From Lachnospiraceae bacterium (lineage in GTDB: Bacteria > Bacillota > Clostridia > Lachnospirales > Lachnospiraceae), in assembly GCA_031280955.1 (NCBI GenBank), contig JAITGA010000015.1, positions 9,334-73,333 of the forward strand: a stretch of DNA of 64,000 bases. Direction: 5' to 3'. Position numbers and translations under genes: made by a program. Shown here piece by piece: positions 43,536 through 54,055 of the stretch. Each line of letters begins with the position of its first letter. Within the stretch, counting starts at the first letter, position 1. The notes beneath the pieces are model-generated. The model worked only from the letters and a program-made list of their open reading frames with translations, did not search any database and had not been told where the DNA came from.

Positions 43536-45662
43536 ATGAAGATAGACACAGACATCAGGCAAGTAAAGGGTATCGGGGACAAAACAGCAGCTTTGCTGGC
43601 GAAAGTGGGGATAGTGACCGCAGGGGACGCGCTTAGCTATTTTCCCCGTTATTATGAGCGTTTCACAGGAGCGGAGTCGCTGGAATCACTTCTTTTTCGT
43701 TTGCCTGCGGGTAGTAGTGAGTTGGCAGTATTTGCGGGAACGGTGGTGGGACTTCCACAGCAAAAAAAGGTGCGCAAGCTCACAATCACGAAGGTGACGG
43801 TTACAGATGGAAGCGGTAGTGCTCATCTTACCTTTTTTAACATGCCATATTTGAAGCAAATGTTAAAGCCGGAAAAAGACTTCATTTTTCGGGGAAATGT
43901 AACCGTAAAGGGGGGGAGTATCTACTGTGACCAACCCAAGATATATAAGGAAGCTGATTTTGCCCCGCTTATAGATAGCTTGCAGCCTCGCTATCCTCTT
44001 ACTGCCGGGCTTACTAGCAATACCGTTACCAAGTTGGTCAAAAATATTCTCTCGCAGTATCATTTTCCGCCTGACTTTTTGCCGTCTGCTATCAAGCGTG
44101 AATATAGTCTCAGCGACCGTGAGACAGCAATCAGAGATATCCATTTCCCTGCCGACATGGCACAAATGCTGGCAGCAAGACGGCGGTTGGTGTTTGATGA
44201 GTTTCTCCTCTTTATCATTACCGTTCGCCGTTTGCGAGCGGCGAGCCAAAATGTCGTAAGCAAAAAGGTGATGTTGGAGGTAGGCGACACCAAACATTTG
44301 CTGGAATCGTTGCCTTACTCGCTGACAGCGGCGCAGGAGCGGGTATGGGAGGAAATCAAAATTGACTTGTCCGGTCAATGGGTGATGCACCGCCTCATTC
44401 AGGGAGATGTCGGCTCAGGGAAGACGATTATTGCCGTCCTCGCACTTTTGATGTGTGTTGCCAATGGTTATCAGGGGGCAATGATGGCTCCGACAGAGGT
44501 ACTGGCTGCCCAACACTATCAATATATCAAGGAACTAATCGAAAAATATAAGCTTCCTTTCAAGCCTTTACTTTTGACCGGTTCACTCACCCAAGCAGAG
44601 AAGCGTGAGCGATGGCGGCAAATCGCCACCGCCGAAGTGAACCTCATCATCGGAACTCATGCCTTGATTACTGAAAAAGTAGAATATGCCAACCTCGCTC
44701 TCGTCATTACTGATGAACAACACCGCTTCGGGGTGCGAGAACGTGCCGCTTTCATGAAAAAAGGTACAGATACCCATGTCCTCGTGATGAGTGCGACTCC
44801 CATCCCGCGAACATTGGCAATCATTATCTACGGTGATTTGAGTCTTTCTGTCCTTGATGAGCTACCCGCTAACCGTCTGCCGATCAAGAACTGTGTGGTT
44901 GACCCTTCTTATCAAAAAACAGCATACAAGTTTATCGAAAGGGAGATAGCTACAGGACATCAGGCATTTGTCGTCTGCCCGCTGGCGATGGAGGGGGAAC
45001 TGGATGGGGTCGAAAATGTCATCGACTATACACAGAAACTAAAGTCCGAACTGGCGGAGCATATTCGGATAGCGGCTCTTCACGGGCAAATGAAAGCGGC
45101 GGAAAAAGATCGCATTATGACTGATTTTGCCGCCGGAAATATTGATTTACTAGTGGCAACAACAGTAATCGAGGTCGGAATCAATGTTCCCAATGCGACG
45201 GTGATGATGGTGGAAAATGCTGAGCGGTTTGGATTGGCACAGCTGCATCAGTTGCGGGGCAGAATCGGTCGTGGTAATGCACAATCATACACTATTTTTG
45301 TCAGCAAGGAAATGGGTGAAAATGCCAACGAAAGATTGAAAGTATTGGCAGAGTCAAATGACGGCTTCCATATCGCAGCCGAGGATATGCGGTTGCGAGG
45401 CCCGGGGGATATGTTTGGTACTCATCAAAGCGGGGCGCTTAGCTTTCTGCTTGCCGATATCTATACTGATGCCCGTGTGCTTGAAGAGGCGGCTCTTTGT
45501 GCGGAGAGGATTCTTTCCGACACGGCAGGAATATCTGCTGAGGAAATAGAAAAGCTCTTCTGTTATATAGAAGAAACACCAGCAGACCAAAGCAGTTCAG
45601 CAACAGAAAATCGGTCGCATAATTCACAGGTAATGAAAGCGGTTGACTTTCACAGCATCTGA
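43536..45662 (+). CDS. recG: ATP-dependent DNA helicase RecG
   Basis: IRQVKGIGDKTAALLAKVGI N-terminus, wedge domain, and helicase motifs GDVGSGKT, DEQHRFGV, SATPIPRT and QLRGRIGRG. The track ORF (from 42912) has a spurious 208-codon 5' extension antisense to pyk. Confidence 0.9.
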   Translation: MKIDTDIRQVKGIGDKTAALLAKVGIVTAGDALSYFPRYYERFTGAESLESLLFRLPAGSSELAVFAGTVVGLPQQKKVRKLTITKVTVTDGSGSAHLTFFNMPYLKQMLKPEKDFIFRGNVTVKGGSIYCDQPKIYKEADFAPLIDSLQPRYPLTAGLTSNTVTKLVKNILSQYHFPPDFLPSAIKREYSLSDRETAIRDIHFPADMAQMLAARRRLVFDEFLLFIITVRRLRAASQNVVSKKVMLEVGDTKHLLESLPYSLTAAQERVWEEIKIDLSGQWVMHRLIQGDVGSGKTIIAVLALLMCVANGYQGAMMAPTEVLAAQHYQYIKELIEKYKLPFKPLLLTGSLTQAEKRERWRQIATAEVNLIIGTHALITEKVEYANLALVITDEQHRFGVRERAAFMKKGTDTHVLVMSATPIPRTLAIIIYGDLSLSVLDELPANRLPIKNCVVDPSYQKTAYKFIEREIATGHQAFVVCPLAMEGELDGVENVIDYTQKLKSELAEHIRIAALHGQMKAAEKDRIMTDFAAGNIDLLVATTVIEVGINVPNATVMMVENAERFGLAQLHQLRGRIGRGNAQSYTIFVSKEMGENANERLKVLAESNDGFHIAAEDMRLRGPGDMFGTHQSGALSFLLADIYTDARVLEEAALCAERILSDTAGISAEEIEKLFCYIEETPADQSSSATENRSHNSQVMKAVDFHSI

Positions 45663-45826
45663 AAGTAAAATGTCTGATAGGAATGAGCAAACATCAAGTT
45701 ATACTAAGTTCGTGTAGTACCTCACTAAGTATAACTTATGATGTTAGGTTTCCACAAAGTAATCCAATTTGTTAAGCAAAGACACCAAAGCGGCTTTGTC
45801 CGCAATCAAACTAAAGGAGAGCCCAA

Positions 45827-46696
45827 ATGAAAAAAGTAGCGGTAGTTACTGATTCCAACAGCGGTATTACCCAATCACAGGGTAAGGAGTTGGGGATTTA
45901 TGTTGTGCCAATGCCCTTCATGGTCGATGGCGAGACCTATTATGAAGATATTTCCATGAGTCAGGAAGAGTTTTACACGAAGCTATTGTCAGGTACAGAT
46001 GTCATCACCAGTCAGCCGTCACTTGACCATCTTTCCCAGTTGTGGGAAGAGATTCTTTGTAATTATGATGAAATAATCCATATTCCTATGAGTTCCGGGT
46101 TATCCAGTTCCTGCGAGAGTGCGACGGTTTTGGCAAGAGGCTACAGCGGCAGGGTAGAGGTTGCCAACAATCTGCGTATTTCCGTGGTACAGCGACAATC
46201 GACCCTCGATGCAATTAAGTTGGCAGCAGCCGGCAAGAGTGCGCTGGAGATTAAGACGATACTCGAAGAAGACTGCTTCAATTGCAGTATCTATATCATG
46301 CTCGATACCCTTTATTATCTAAAAAAAGGCGGGCGGATTACCCCGGCGGCGGCGATGCTTGGTTCAGTCCTTAAAATCAAGCCGGTTTTGCAAATCCAAG
46401 GTGATAAGCTAGACGCTTTTGCCAAGGCGAGATCAATTAGCCAAGGCAAGACCCTGATGTTAAATGCCATCAAAAGTGACCTCCAAAACCGCTTCGGTGG
46501 AGCGACAGTCGAGAATGTCCGCCTGCATATCGCCCATACAATGAATCTGGAAGCAGCACTTTCATTAAAGCAGGAAATGGAAGTCATTTATCCCGGGATT
46601 CCTATTTATGTAGATTGTCTCTCGCTAAGCGTTGCCTGTCATATCGGACCGGGTGCGCTGGCTATTGCTTGCAGCCGCAACTTGAAGGTATCATAA
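45827..46696 (+). CDS. DegV-family fatty-acid-binding protein
   Basis: VAVVTDSNSGI start and a typical DegV length and pattern (SSGLSSSCESA, YLKKGGRI). Confidence 0.88.
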   Translation: MKKVAVVTDSNSGITQSQGKELGIYVVPMPFMVDGETYYEDISMSQEEFYTKLLSGTDVITSQPSLDHLSQLWEEILCNYDEIIHIPMSSGLSSSCESATVLARGYSGRVEVANNLRISVVQRQSTLDAIKLAAAGKSALEIKTILEEDCFNCSIYIMLDTLYYLKKGGRITPAAAMLGSVLKIKPVLQIQGDKLDAFAKARSISQGKTLMLNAIKSDLQNRFGGATVENVRLHIAHTMNLEAALSLKQEMEVIYPGIPIYVDCLSLSVACHIGPGALAIACSRNLKVS

Positions 46697-48639
46697 TGCC
46701 GACACCGCCCAATACCTATGATGCTTCCAGTATCACCGTACTGGAGGGACTCGAAGCGGTACGCAAGTTGCCGGGGATGTACATCGGCAGTGTCTCCGCC
46801 AAGGGACTCAACCATTTAATCTATGAAATCGTCGATAATGCTGTTGATGAGCATATCGCCGGTTTCTGTACCTTGATAAAAGTCACCCTTGAAGCCGATG
46901 GTTCGGCGACGATAGAAGACAATGGCCGCGGGATTCCGGTAGGGATGCACGAAAAAGGAGTCAGTGCCGAGCGACTTGTCTTTACTACCCTTCATTCAGG
47001 CGGCAAGTTTGACGATAGTGTCTACAAAACCAGCGGCGGCTTACATGGGGTGGGTTCAGCAGTGGTCAACGCCTTGTCAGCGTACCTGAGCGTCAATGTC
47101 CACTACGGCGGACAAGTTTATCAGGATCGCTATGAGCGGGGAAATCCTACCATTACGCTCACGGACGGATTATTGCCTGTGATCGGCAAAACCAAGAAAA
47201 CAGGGACTATCATCAACTTTTTGCCTGATCCGGAAATCTTTGAAAAAACTCGTTTTCGTGAAGATGACATCAAGAGCCGCATCCATGAAACCGCATATCT
47301 CAATCCCAACTTGACCCTAGTGTTTACTGATATGCGTGGTGAGACAATTGAAAGCCACACTTATCATGAACCGGAGGGCATCACCGGTTTCATCAAAGAC
47401 CTCAACAAAGCCAAAGAAACGGTATCTGACATCATCGCTTTTCGGGGCGAAAATGAGGGTATCATCGTCGAAGCGGCGTTCCAGTTCGTCAATGAGTTTC
47501 ATGAAAATGTCCTCGGTTTTTGTAATAATATCTATAATTCTGAGGGTGGAACCCATTTGACCGGGTTCAAGACCACCTTTACCAATATCATCAATAATTA
47601 TGCGCGTGAGTTGGGTATCTTGAAGGAAAAAGATACCAATTTCACCGGAACTGATATCAGAAGCGGGATGACAGCGGTGATTTCCCTCAAACACCCCGAC
47701 CCCCGCTTCGAGGGACAGACGAAGACGAAGCTCGACAATCAAGATGCCGCCAAGGCAGTTGGCAAAATCACTAGTGAGGAGCTGGGCAGGTATTTTGACC
47801 GTAATGTTGAGACGCTGCGGAAAGTAATCGAATGTGCGGAAAGAGCTGCCAAAATCCGCAAAAATGAGCAAAAATCAAAAGCAAATCTACTGACGAAACA
47901 GAGGTTTTCCTTTGATTCCAACGGCAAATTGGCTAATTGTGAATCCCGTGACCCCGGCAAATGTGAACTCTTCATCGTCGAGGGTGATTCCGCAGGTGGC
48001 AGCGCAAAAACGGCGAGGGATCGGAACTTTCAAGCTATATTGCCGATACGGGGCAAAATTCTTAATGTCGAAAAAGCCAGTATCGACAAGGTACTCGATA
48101 ACGCCGAAATCAAAACGATGATCAATGTCTTCGGTTGTGGTTTTTCCGAGGGTTATGGAAATGACTTCGATATCAGCAAGCTAAGGTACGGTAAAATAAT
48201 CATCATGACCGATGCCGATGTGGACGGTCTGCATATTTCTACCTTGCTCCTGACGCTATTTTACCGTTTTATGTCACAACTCATCTTCGAGGGGCATATT
48301 TATTTGGCGATGCCGCCGCTTTATAAGGCTATCCCCAACAAGCAAGGAGCAGAGGGGATGGGCAAAGAGGAATACCTGCTTGATGATGCGGCTCTGGCAA
48401 GGTATCGCAAACAGCAAAAAGGCGGTTTCACGTTACAGCGTTTTAAGGGCTTGGGGGAAATGGATGCTGAGCAGCTCTGGGAGACAACCCTAGACCCCTC
48501 CACCCGGCAGCTCAAATTGGTAGAAATAGAGGATGCGAGGATGGCATCCGAGGTCACGCAAATGCTGATGGGAACTGACGTTCCCCCACGCAAGGAATTT
48601 ATTTACAAGCACGCAAGCGAAGCCAAACTGGATGTATAA
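46696..48639 (+). CDS. Type IIA topoisomerase subunit B (ParE/GyrB family; context suggests topo IV)
   Basis: GHKL ATPase (LEGLEAVRKLPGMYIGS, GGLHGVG), Toprim EGDSAGGSAK, and PIRGKILNVEKA. ATG 46696 overlaps the degV stop (TAATG). Confidence 0.88.
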   Translation: MPTPPNTYDASSITVLEGLEAVRKLPGMYIGSVSAKGLNHLIYEIVDNAVDEHIAGFCTLIKVTLEADGSATIEDNGRGIPVGMHEKGVSAERLVFTTLHSGGKFDDSVYKTSGGLHGVGSAVVNALSAYLSVNVHYGGQVYQDRYERGNPTITLTDGLLPVIGKTKKTGTIINFLPDPEIFEKTRFREDDIKSRIHETAYLNPNLTLVFTDMRGETIESHTYHEPEGITGFIKDLNKAKETVSDIIAFRGENEGIIVEAAFQFVNEFHENVLGFCNNIYNSEGGTHLTGFKTTFTNIINNYARELGILKEKDTNFTGTDIRSGMTAVISLKHPDPRFEGQTKTKLDNQDAAKAVGKITSEELGRYFDRNVETLRKVIECAERAAKIRKNEQKSKANLLTKQRFSFDSNGKLANCESRDPGKCELFIVEGDSAGGSAKTARDRNFQAILPIRGKILNVEKASIDKVLDNAEIKTMINVFGCGFSEGYGNDFDISKLRYGKIIIMTDADVDGLHISTLLLTLFYRFMSQLIFEGHIYLAMPPLYKAIPNKQGAEGMGKEEYLLDDAALARYRKQQKGGFTLQRFKGLGEMDAEQLWETTLDPSTRQLKLVEIEDARMASEVTQMLMGTDVPPRKEFIYKHASEAKLDV

Positions 48640-48648
48640 GGAAAGCGG

Positions 48649-50886
48649 ATGAACGAACGGGTAATCAAAACCGAGTATTCGGAAATAATGCAAAAGTCGT
48701 TTCTCGATTATGCGATGAGCGTAATTGTGGCACGGGCTTTGCCCGATGTGCGTGATGGGCTGAAGCCGGTTCAGCGGCGGGTACTTTACGATATGTACGA
48801 GCTAGGCATCAGATATGACCGCCCTTACCGTAAATGCGCCCGCATCGTCGGCGATACGATGGGTAAATATCACCCCCACGGTGATTCTTCGATATATGAG
48901 GCTTTGGTCTTGCTGACCCAGGATTTCAAGAAAGGTCTGCCTTTGATAGACGGACACGGCAACTTCGGCAATATCGAGGGTGACGGGGCGGCGGCGATGC
49001 GCTATACGGAAGCACGTCTGGAAAAAGTGACCCAGGAATATTTTCTCGCTGATTTGGACAAAGACATCGTCGATTTTGCCGCCAACTTCGATGAAACGGA
49101 GCGAGAACCTACGGTTTTGCCGGTGCGTTTCCCCAATCTCTTAGTAGGCGGGAGCGAGGGAATCGCCGTCGGAATGGCTACCAGCATCCCCCCTCACAAT
49201 CTCGCTGAGGTGTGCGATGCGACCAAAGCCTATATGCGAAACAACGATATTACCACTGCTGAACTGATGCAATATGTAAAAGGCCCTGATTTTCCCACAG
49301 GCGGGGTCATTACCAATCAGGATGATTTGTTGGAGATATACGAAAGCGGACACGGGCGCATCAGAGTCCGTGGTACGAGTGAGGTCAAAAAAGGAAAAGC
49401 CGGCAAGATAAATCTCGTCGTCAATGAGATACCTTACCCGATGATAGGGATGGGAATCGGACGTTTCCTGTCTGAGGTGGCGGCTCTTTATGAAGCGAAG
49501 CTGGCAACGGATATCGTTGATATTTCCAATCAGTCAGGTAGAGATGGTATACGGATAGTTATTGAACTGAAAAAGGAAGCCGATATCGAGGCTCTTCTTA
49601 ATTTGCTCTACAAGAAAACCCGCCTCGCTGATACTTTTGCCGTCAATATGCTGGCAATCAATGATGGGCGTCCCGAGACGATGGGGTTAAAAAACATCAT
49701 TGCTCAAAATGTAGAGTTCCAGTTTGAAATCACCAAGCGAAAATACACCACCTTACTGGAAAAGGAACGGGAAAAGAAAGAAATCCAAGAGGGGCTTATC
49801 AAGGCATGTAATGTCATCGACCTGATAATAGAGATACTACGTGGTTCAAAAGACCGGGCGATGGCAAAGGCATGTCTGACAGCAGGCAAAATCGAGGGTA
49901 TCAAGTTTCGTTCCAAGGAGTCCAAGGTAATGGCGGCAGAGCTTATGTTTACGGAGCGGCAGGCAAACGCCATCCTCGAAATGCGGCTATATCGCTTGAT
50001 TGGACTGGAAATCGAAGCCTTGATTGATGAACACGAAAATACGATTGCCAATATCTTCCGCTATGAAGATATTCTCGAACGCAAGGAATCAATGTCACAG
50101 GTGATCATCAATGATTTGGACGAAATCAAGGCTAAGTTCGGTCGCCCGCGGCGGACACGGATTGAGAACATCATCGAAACCGCATACAAAAAGCCCGAGG
50201 TAGCGGAGATGGATTTGGTTTTCTTGATTGACCGCTTCGGATATGTCCGTACTATTGACGAAAGCACATATGAGCGGAACAAGGAAGCGGCAGATCAAGA
50301 ACATGTCTTTGTCGGTACATGCAAGAACACCGGCAGACTTTGTCTTTTTGGCAGTACGGGACTGCTCCATACCGTCAAGGTAAGCGATATTCCCTTGGGA
50401 AAACTACGGGATAAAGGGATACCGCTTGATAATATCAGCAATTATGACTCGCAAAACGAAACCCTGCTCCTTGCCGCCAGTCAAAACCAAGTAGCCCTTT
50501 GTCAGCTGATTTTCGTGTCGCAGATGTCACTTATGAAACTCGTAGACGGTAGTGAGTTTGATGTCAGCAAGCGACTGGTGACAGCGACTAAGTTACTGGC
50601 AGGAGACCAAGTTCTTTCGGTTTCACTACTCGAAAGACAGCGTGACATAGTCTTGCAAACGAAAAACGGCTTCTTCCTGCGCTTTTCGATTGAGGAAATC
50701 GCCGAAAAGAAAAAAGGAGCGGCAGGAGTAAGAGGGATGAAACTAGCTGCGGGTGACTCGCTCCATGCGGTGCATTTCCTTACTGCGGGGGTTGAGTCGA
50801 TGGCGGCGAGTAATGACAAAAAAGTAGATTTGGGGAAACTACGCTTGGGCAGACGTGATACCAAGGGAACGAAGGTCAGGACATGA
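48649..50886 (+). CDS. Type IIA topoisomerase subunit A (ParC/GyrA family; no obvious GyrA-box)
   Basis: RALPDVRDGLKPVQRR, AAMRYTE (catalytic Tyr). At 745 aa it is shorter than a typical GyrA, and no QRRGGKG-like GyrA box was seen. Confidence 0.88.
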   Translation: MNERVIKTEYSEIMQKSFLDYAMSVIVARALPDVRDGLKPVQRRVLYDMYELGIRYDRPYRKCARIVGDTMGKYHPHGDSSIYEALVLLTQDFKKGLPLIDGHGNFGNIEGDGAAAMRYTEARLEKVTQEYFLADLDKDIVDFAANFDETEREPTVLPVRFPNLLVGGSEGIAVGMATSIPPHNLAEVCDATKAYMRNNDITTAELMQYVKGPDFPTGGVITNQDDLLEIYESGHGRIRVRGTSEVKKGKAGKINLVVNEIPYPMIGMGIGRFLSEVAALYEAKLATDIVDISNQSGRDGIRIVIELKKEADIEALLNLLYKKTRLADTFAVNMLAINDGRPETMGLKNIIAQNVEFQFEITKRKYTTLLEKEREKKEIQEGLIKACNVIDLIIEILRGSKDRAMAKACLTAGKIEGIKFRSKESKVMAAELMFTERQANAILEMRLYRLIGLEIEALIDEHENTIANIFRYEDILERKESMSQVIINDLDEIKAKFGRPRRTRIENIIETAYKKPEVAEMDLVFLIDRFGYVRTIDESTYERNKEAADQEHVFVGTCKNTGRLCLFGSTGLLHTVKVSDIPLGKLRDKGIPLDNISNYDSQNETLLLAASQNQVALCQLIFVSQMSLMKLVDGSEFDVSKRLVTATKLLAGDQVLSVSLLERQRDIVLQTKNGFFLRFSIEEIAEKKKGAAGVRGMKLAAGDSLHAVHFLTAGVESMAASNDKKVDLGKLRLGRRDTKGTKVRT

Positions 50887-51452
50887 GGGTTATCGCCGGA
50901 AGCTGTGGCAGTTTGCCGCTAAAGACACCGCCCGGATATAAAACCCGTCCAACCAGCGACCGGGTGAAAGAAACTCTTTTTAACATTATCAATCCCTTGA
51001 TTGCCGATAGTGTCGTCCTTGATTTGTTTGCCGGGAGCGGCAGTTTGGGAATCGAGGCACTAAGCCGTGGAGCAAGATTTGCATATTTCGTGGAAAAAAG
51101 CGGTGAAGCTTGCCGAACTATCAATGAAAACCTCGAGTTTACCGGACTTTTCCCTTATGCAAAAGTAATCCGCCGTGACGTAGCCGCCGCCATTCCTTTA
51201 CTGGCTAAGCCTGAACAAGCAGAAAGTACGGTGAAATTCGATATAGTTTTCATCGATCCGCCGTATCAAGGCGGTTATGAGAAAAAGGTACTTTCTCTCC
51301 TTATCGGGCAAACATATATCAGCAATGAAAGCCTGATTATTCTGGAAGTAAAAAACGATAACGTAAGCCGTAAGTTTTTGCCCCATGGTTTCGTGGTGGA
51401 GCGGGAAATGAATTACGGCAGCAGCCAACACTTATTTATTAGAAAAGGATAA
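50883..51452 (+). CDS. rsmD: 16S rRNA (guanine966-N2)-methyltransferase RsmD
   Basis: [32 protein letters not shown] and DPPY. Confidence 0.87.
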   Translation: MRVIAGSCGSLPLKTPPGYKTRPTSDRVKETLFNIINPLIADSVVLDLFAGSGSLGIEALSRGARFAYFVEKSGEACRTINENLEFTGLFPYAKVIRRDVAAAIPLLAKPEQAESTVKFDIVFIDPPYQGGYEKKVLSLLIGQTYISNESLIILEVKNDNVSRKFLPHGFVVEREMNYGSSQHLFIRKG

Positions 51453-51457
51453 GACGA

Positions 51458-51946
51458 ATGGAAAAAATAAATGTCGCCATCTACCCCGGCAGCTTTGACC
51501 CTTTGACCCTCGGACACATGGATGTGATTAAGCGGGCAGCCAGTATGTGTAGCACCTTACTGGTGGGGGTTCTCAATAATAAAGAAAAATCTCCGTTGTT
51601 TTCTATTGATGAACGTGTTAAAATATTGGAAGAAGCAACAAAGGATATGGCAGGAGTCCGTGTCAGTTCTTTTGATGGGTTGTTGGTGCATTTTGCCAAA
51701 GCAAGCGGTGCCCATGTGATTATCAGGGGTCTGCGAGCGATTACCGATTTTGACTATGAGTTACAAATCGCCCAGACCAACCGAATTTTGTCAAACGGCG
51801 AAATAGACACGGTTTTTTTGGCTACCAGTTTGGAATTTGCCTACCTAAGCTCATCAAGTGTTCGGGAGATTGCAAGTTTTGGCGGCGATATCAGCAAATG
51901 TGTTCTTCCTTTTGTCGCCGAACAGATTTATGCGAAGTACGAGTAG
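51458..51946 (+). CDS. coaD: Phosphopantetheine adenylyltransferase
   Basis: [16 protein letters not shown], and a size of 162 aa. Confidence 0.94.
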   Translation: MEKINVAIYPGSFDPLTLGHMDVIKRAASMCSTLLVGVLNNKEKSPLFSIDERVKILEEATKDMAGVRVSSFDGLLVHFAKASGAHVIIRGLRAITDFDYELQIAQTNRILSNGEIDTVFLATSLEFAYLSSSSVREIASFGGDISKCVLPFVAEQIYAKYE

Positions 51947-51998
51947 CAGCAGAAGGCTTCACTAAGGTGTGGTAATATTCATTGGCAGGAGGGAGTTC

Positions 51999-52616
51999 AT
52001 GAGCAGTAGGATTGAACAGATAATTGACGAAATCGAGACTTATATCGAAAGATGCAAGTATCAGCCGCTTTCGAGTACGAAGATAATCGTCGTCAAGGAA
52101 GAAATAGATGAACTTATTCGTGAGCTACGGATGAAAACGCCGGATGAGATCAAGCGTTATCAGAAAATCATCACCAACAAAGAAGCGATTTTGAACGAAG
52201 CAAAGCGCAAAGCTCAGGAATTGGTCGAGGCGGCAACGATTCAGACCAATGAACTAATCAATGAACATGAAATCATGCAACAGGCTTACGCACAGGCAAA
52301 TGAAGTCGTCGATTTGGCAACTCGTCAGGCACAGGAAATCCTCGATACCGCAACCATCGAAGCCAATGACTACCGTGGAGCAGCGATGCAGTATACCGAT
52401 GAGATATTGGCGAATATGGAGATTTTGGTTGGCAGGATTACCCAGACGGCACAAACCCATTGCGAGAGCTTCATGAATCAAATGAATATGTATGGTGACG
52501 AAATCGCCGGCAATCGGATGCAGCTATTCCCGCCCGAAGCGGAGCTTGTCGAAGAGAGTATCGAAGTGGTGAATATTGAAGCAAATGACAAAGACGTAGG
52601 GATATCGGTTATGTAA
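51999..52616 (+). CDS. Coiled-coil protein of unknown function
   Basis: ATG 51999 follows AGGAGGGA. Heptad-rich, Gln/Glu/Ala-rich sequence with no catalytic motif. Confidence 0.45.
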   Translation: MSSRIEQIIDEIETYIERCKYQPLSSTKIIVVKEEIDELIRELRMKTPDEIKRYQKIITNKEAILNEAKRKAQELVEAATIQTNELINEHEIMQQAYAQANEVVDLATRQAQEILDTATIEANDYRGAAMQYTDEILANMEILVGRITQTAQTHCESFMNQMNMYGDEIAGNRMQLFPPEAELVEESIEVVNIEANDKDVGISVM

Positions 52617-52632
52617 TATCTTCGGAGTTGGT

Positions 52633-54021
52633 ATGGAAAGCAAGGGATTTTTCGTAAAGAAACCTGATTTACTCCATTTGAAGACGCAAAAGTTGCCAGG
52701 AGGATTCCTGGCTGCTTTTTTGCTACTGCTGGTTTTCCTCTTCATGGTAGTGGTTATCGCAGGAAAAACTGCGGCAGTAGCGACATCGCTTCCTGCTGCT
52801 CCTTTTGTAGTCGTCATTGATCCCGGTCACGGCGGTGAAAATCTGGGAGCAAGATACGGTGATTTGGTCGAAAAAGAAATGAATTTGATCGTGGCACAGG
52901 CGATGAGAGAGGAGCTGGAAAAATACGAGGGCGTGATCGTTTATCTCACCCGTGAGGACTCCGATACTGATATCAGTCTAAGCGAGCGGGCGGAGTTTGC
53001 CGCCTCCGTGGGAGCGGATTACCTTTTTTCCCTCCACTTCAATATGTCAGAGGGGCAAATTCTCTTCGGTGCTGAGGTTTGGGTGTCGGCATTTGATGAA
53101 TACTATGCACGTGGTCATGCTTTTGGACAAATCCAGATGGCTCTACTAAGTGAAATGGGACTCTTTGACCGTGGTATCAAAACCCGGCTAAGTGACCGTG
53201 ATGATGATTTTTATGGAATCATCCGCCAAAGCCGCTTGCAGGGTGTGGTCGGGATTTTGATTGAGTATTGTCATCTTGACCATGTGAATGACTATCCTTT
53301 TTATCATTATGGAGCTTTTCAATGGCGGGGATTTGGCCGCCTTAGTGCAACGGCGGTAGCTCAGTATTTACAACTTAGTTCAGTAGCATTGGGTGTGGAT
53401 TATTCGGATTTTGCCGTTCCTTTAGTGGAAGTACCCGGCGAGATCGTGAGACCGATACTCACCCCCCCCGATGTCTGCCGCTTGGAGCTTTTGGAAATTG
53501 ATGAAAAATCACGGACGGCAGTATTTCGTTTGACGGCTGCCGATGCTCATGCCCCGCTGTTTTATTACGGTTTCAGCTTTGATGGCGGTGAAGACCTGGC
53601 TACATATGAGGTATTGGAGGTCTTCCCCCCCGGAGAAAGTGAGCTAATCGTCGCAGTGATACTTCCTGAGGGGCGGGACTTAAAGGTAGCGGCGATGGTC
53701 ATCAACTCCTTTGACCGCAAGACGGTGAGTAATATCATCGAAGTTGCCGCTTTGGAAGTAATGGAAGAAGAACTCTTGACGATGGCGGACGATGAGGCGG
53801 ATATCGTGGCAGAAGAAGCAGATAACGGGGAGATAATAGAGATATCTCTGGCGGAGCAGACACAGACATTGATGGAAAACCATACCAATCTCATTAACAC
53901 CGACACTTTCGATGCGTATAGTTGGCTTATCGCCGGGATTTTGAGCCTCAAACTACTGGTACTCATTATCTTGATATCACGGGTACTCATCATGATGAGA
54001 CGGCGAGGTAAACGGCAATAA
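52633..54021 (+). CDS. N-acetylmuramoyl-L-alanine amidase (Amidase_3) with N- and C-terminal hydrophobic helices
   Basis: VVIDPGHGGEN.GA, EKEMNL..A and ADYLFSLHFN motifs. TM helix near each end. Confidence 0.8.
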   Translation: MESKGFFVKKPDLLHLKTQKLPGGFLAAFLLLLVFLFMVVVIAGKTAAVATSLPAAPFVVVIDPGHGGENLGARYGDLVEKEMNLIVAQAMREELEKYEGVIVYLTREDSDTDISLSERAEFAASVGADYLFSLHFNMSEGQILFGAEVWVSAFDEYYARGHAFGQIQMALLSEMGLFDRGIKTRLSDRDDDFYGIIRQSRLQGVVGILIEYCHLDHVNDYPFYHYGAFQWRGFGRLSATAVAQYLQLSSVALGVDYSDFAVPLVEVPGEIVRPILTPPDVCRLELLEIDEKSRTAVFRLTAADAHAPLFYYGFSFDGGEDLATYEVLEVFPPGESELIVAVILPEGRDLKVAAMVINSFDRKTVSNIIEVAALEVMEEELLTMADDEADIVAEEADNGEIIEISLAEQTQTLMENHTNLINTDTFDAYSWLIAGILSLKLLVLIILISRVLIMMRRRGKRQ

Positions 54022-54055
54022 TTGGCAAATGATGTGGGGGTAATAAGGAGCAAAA

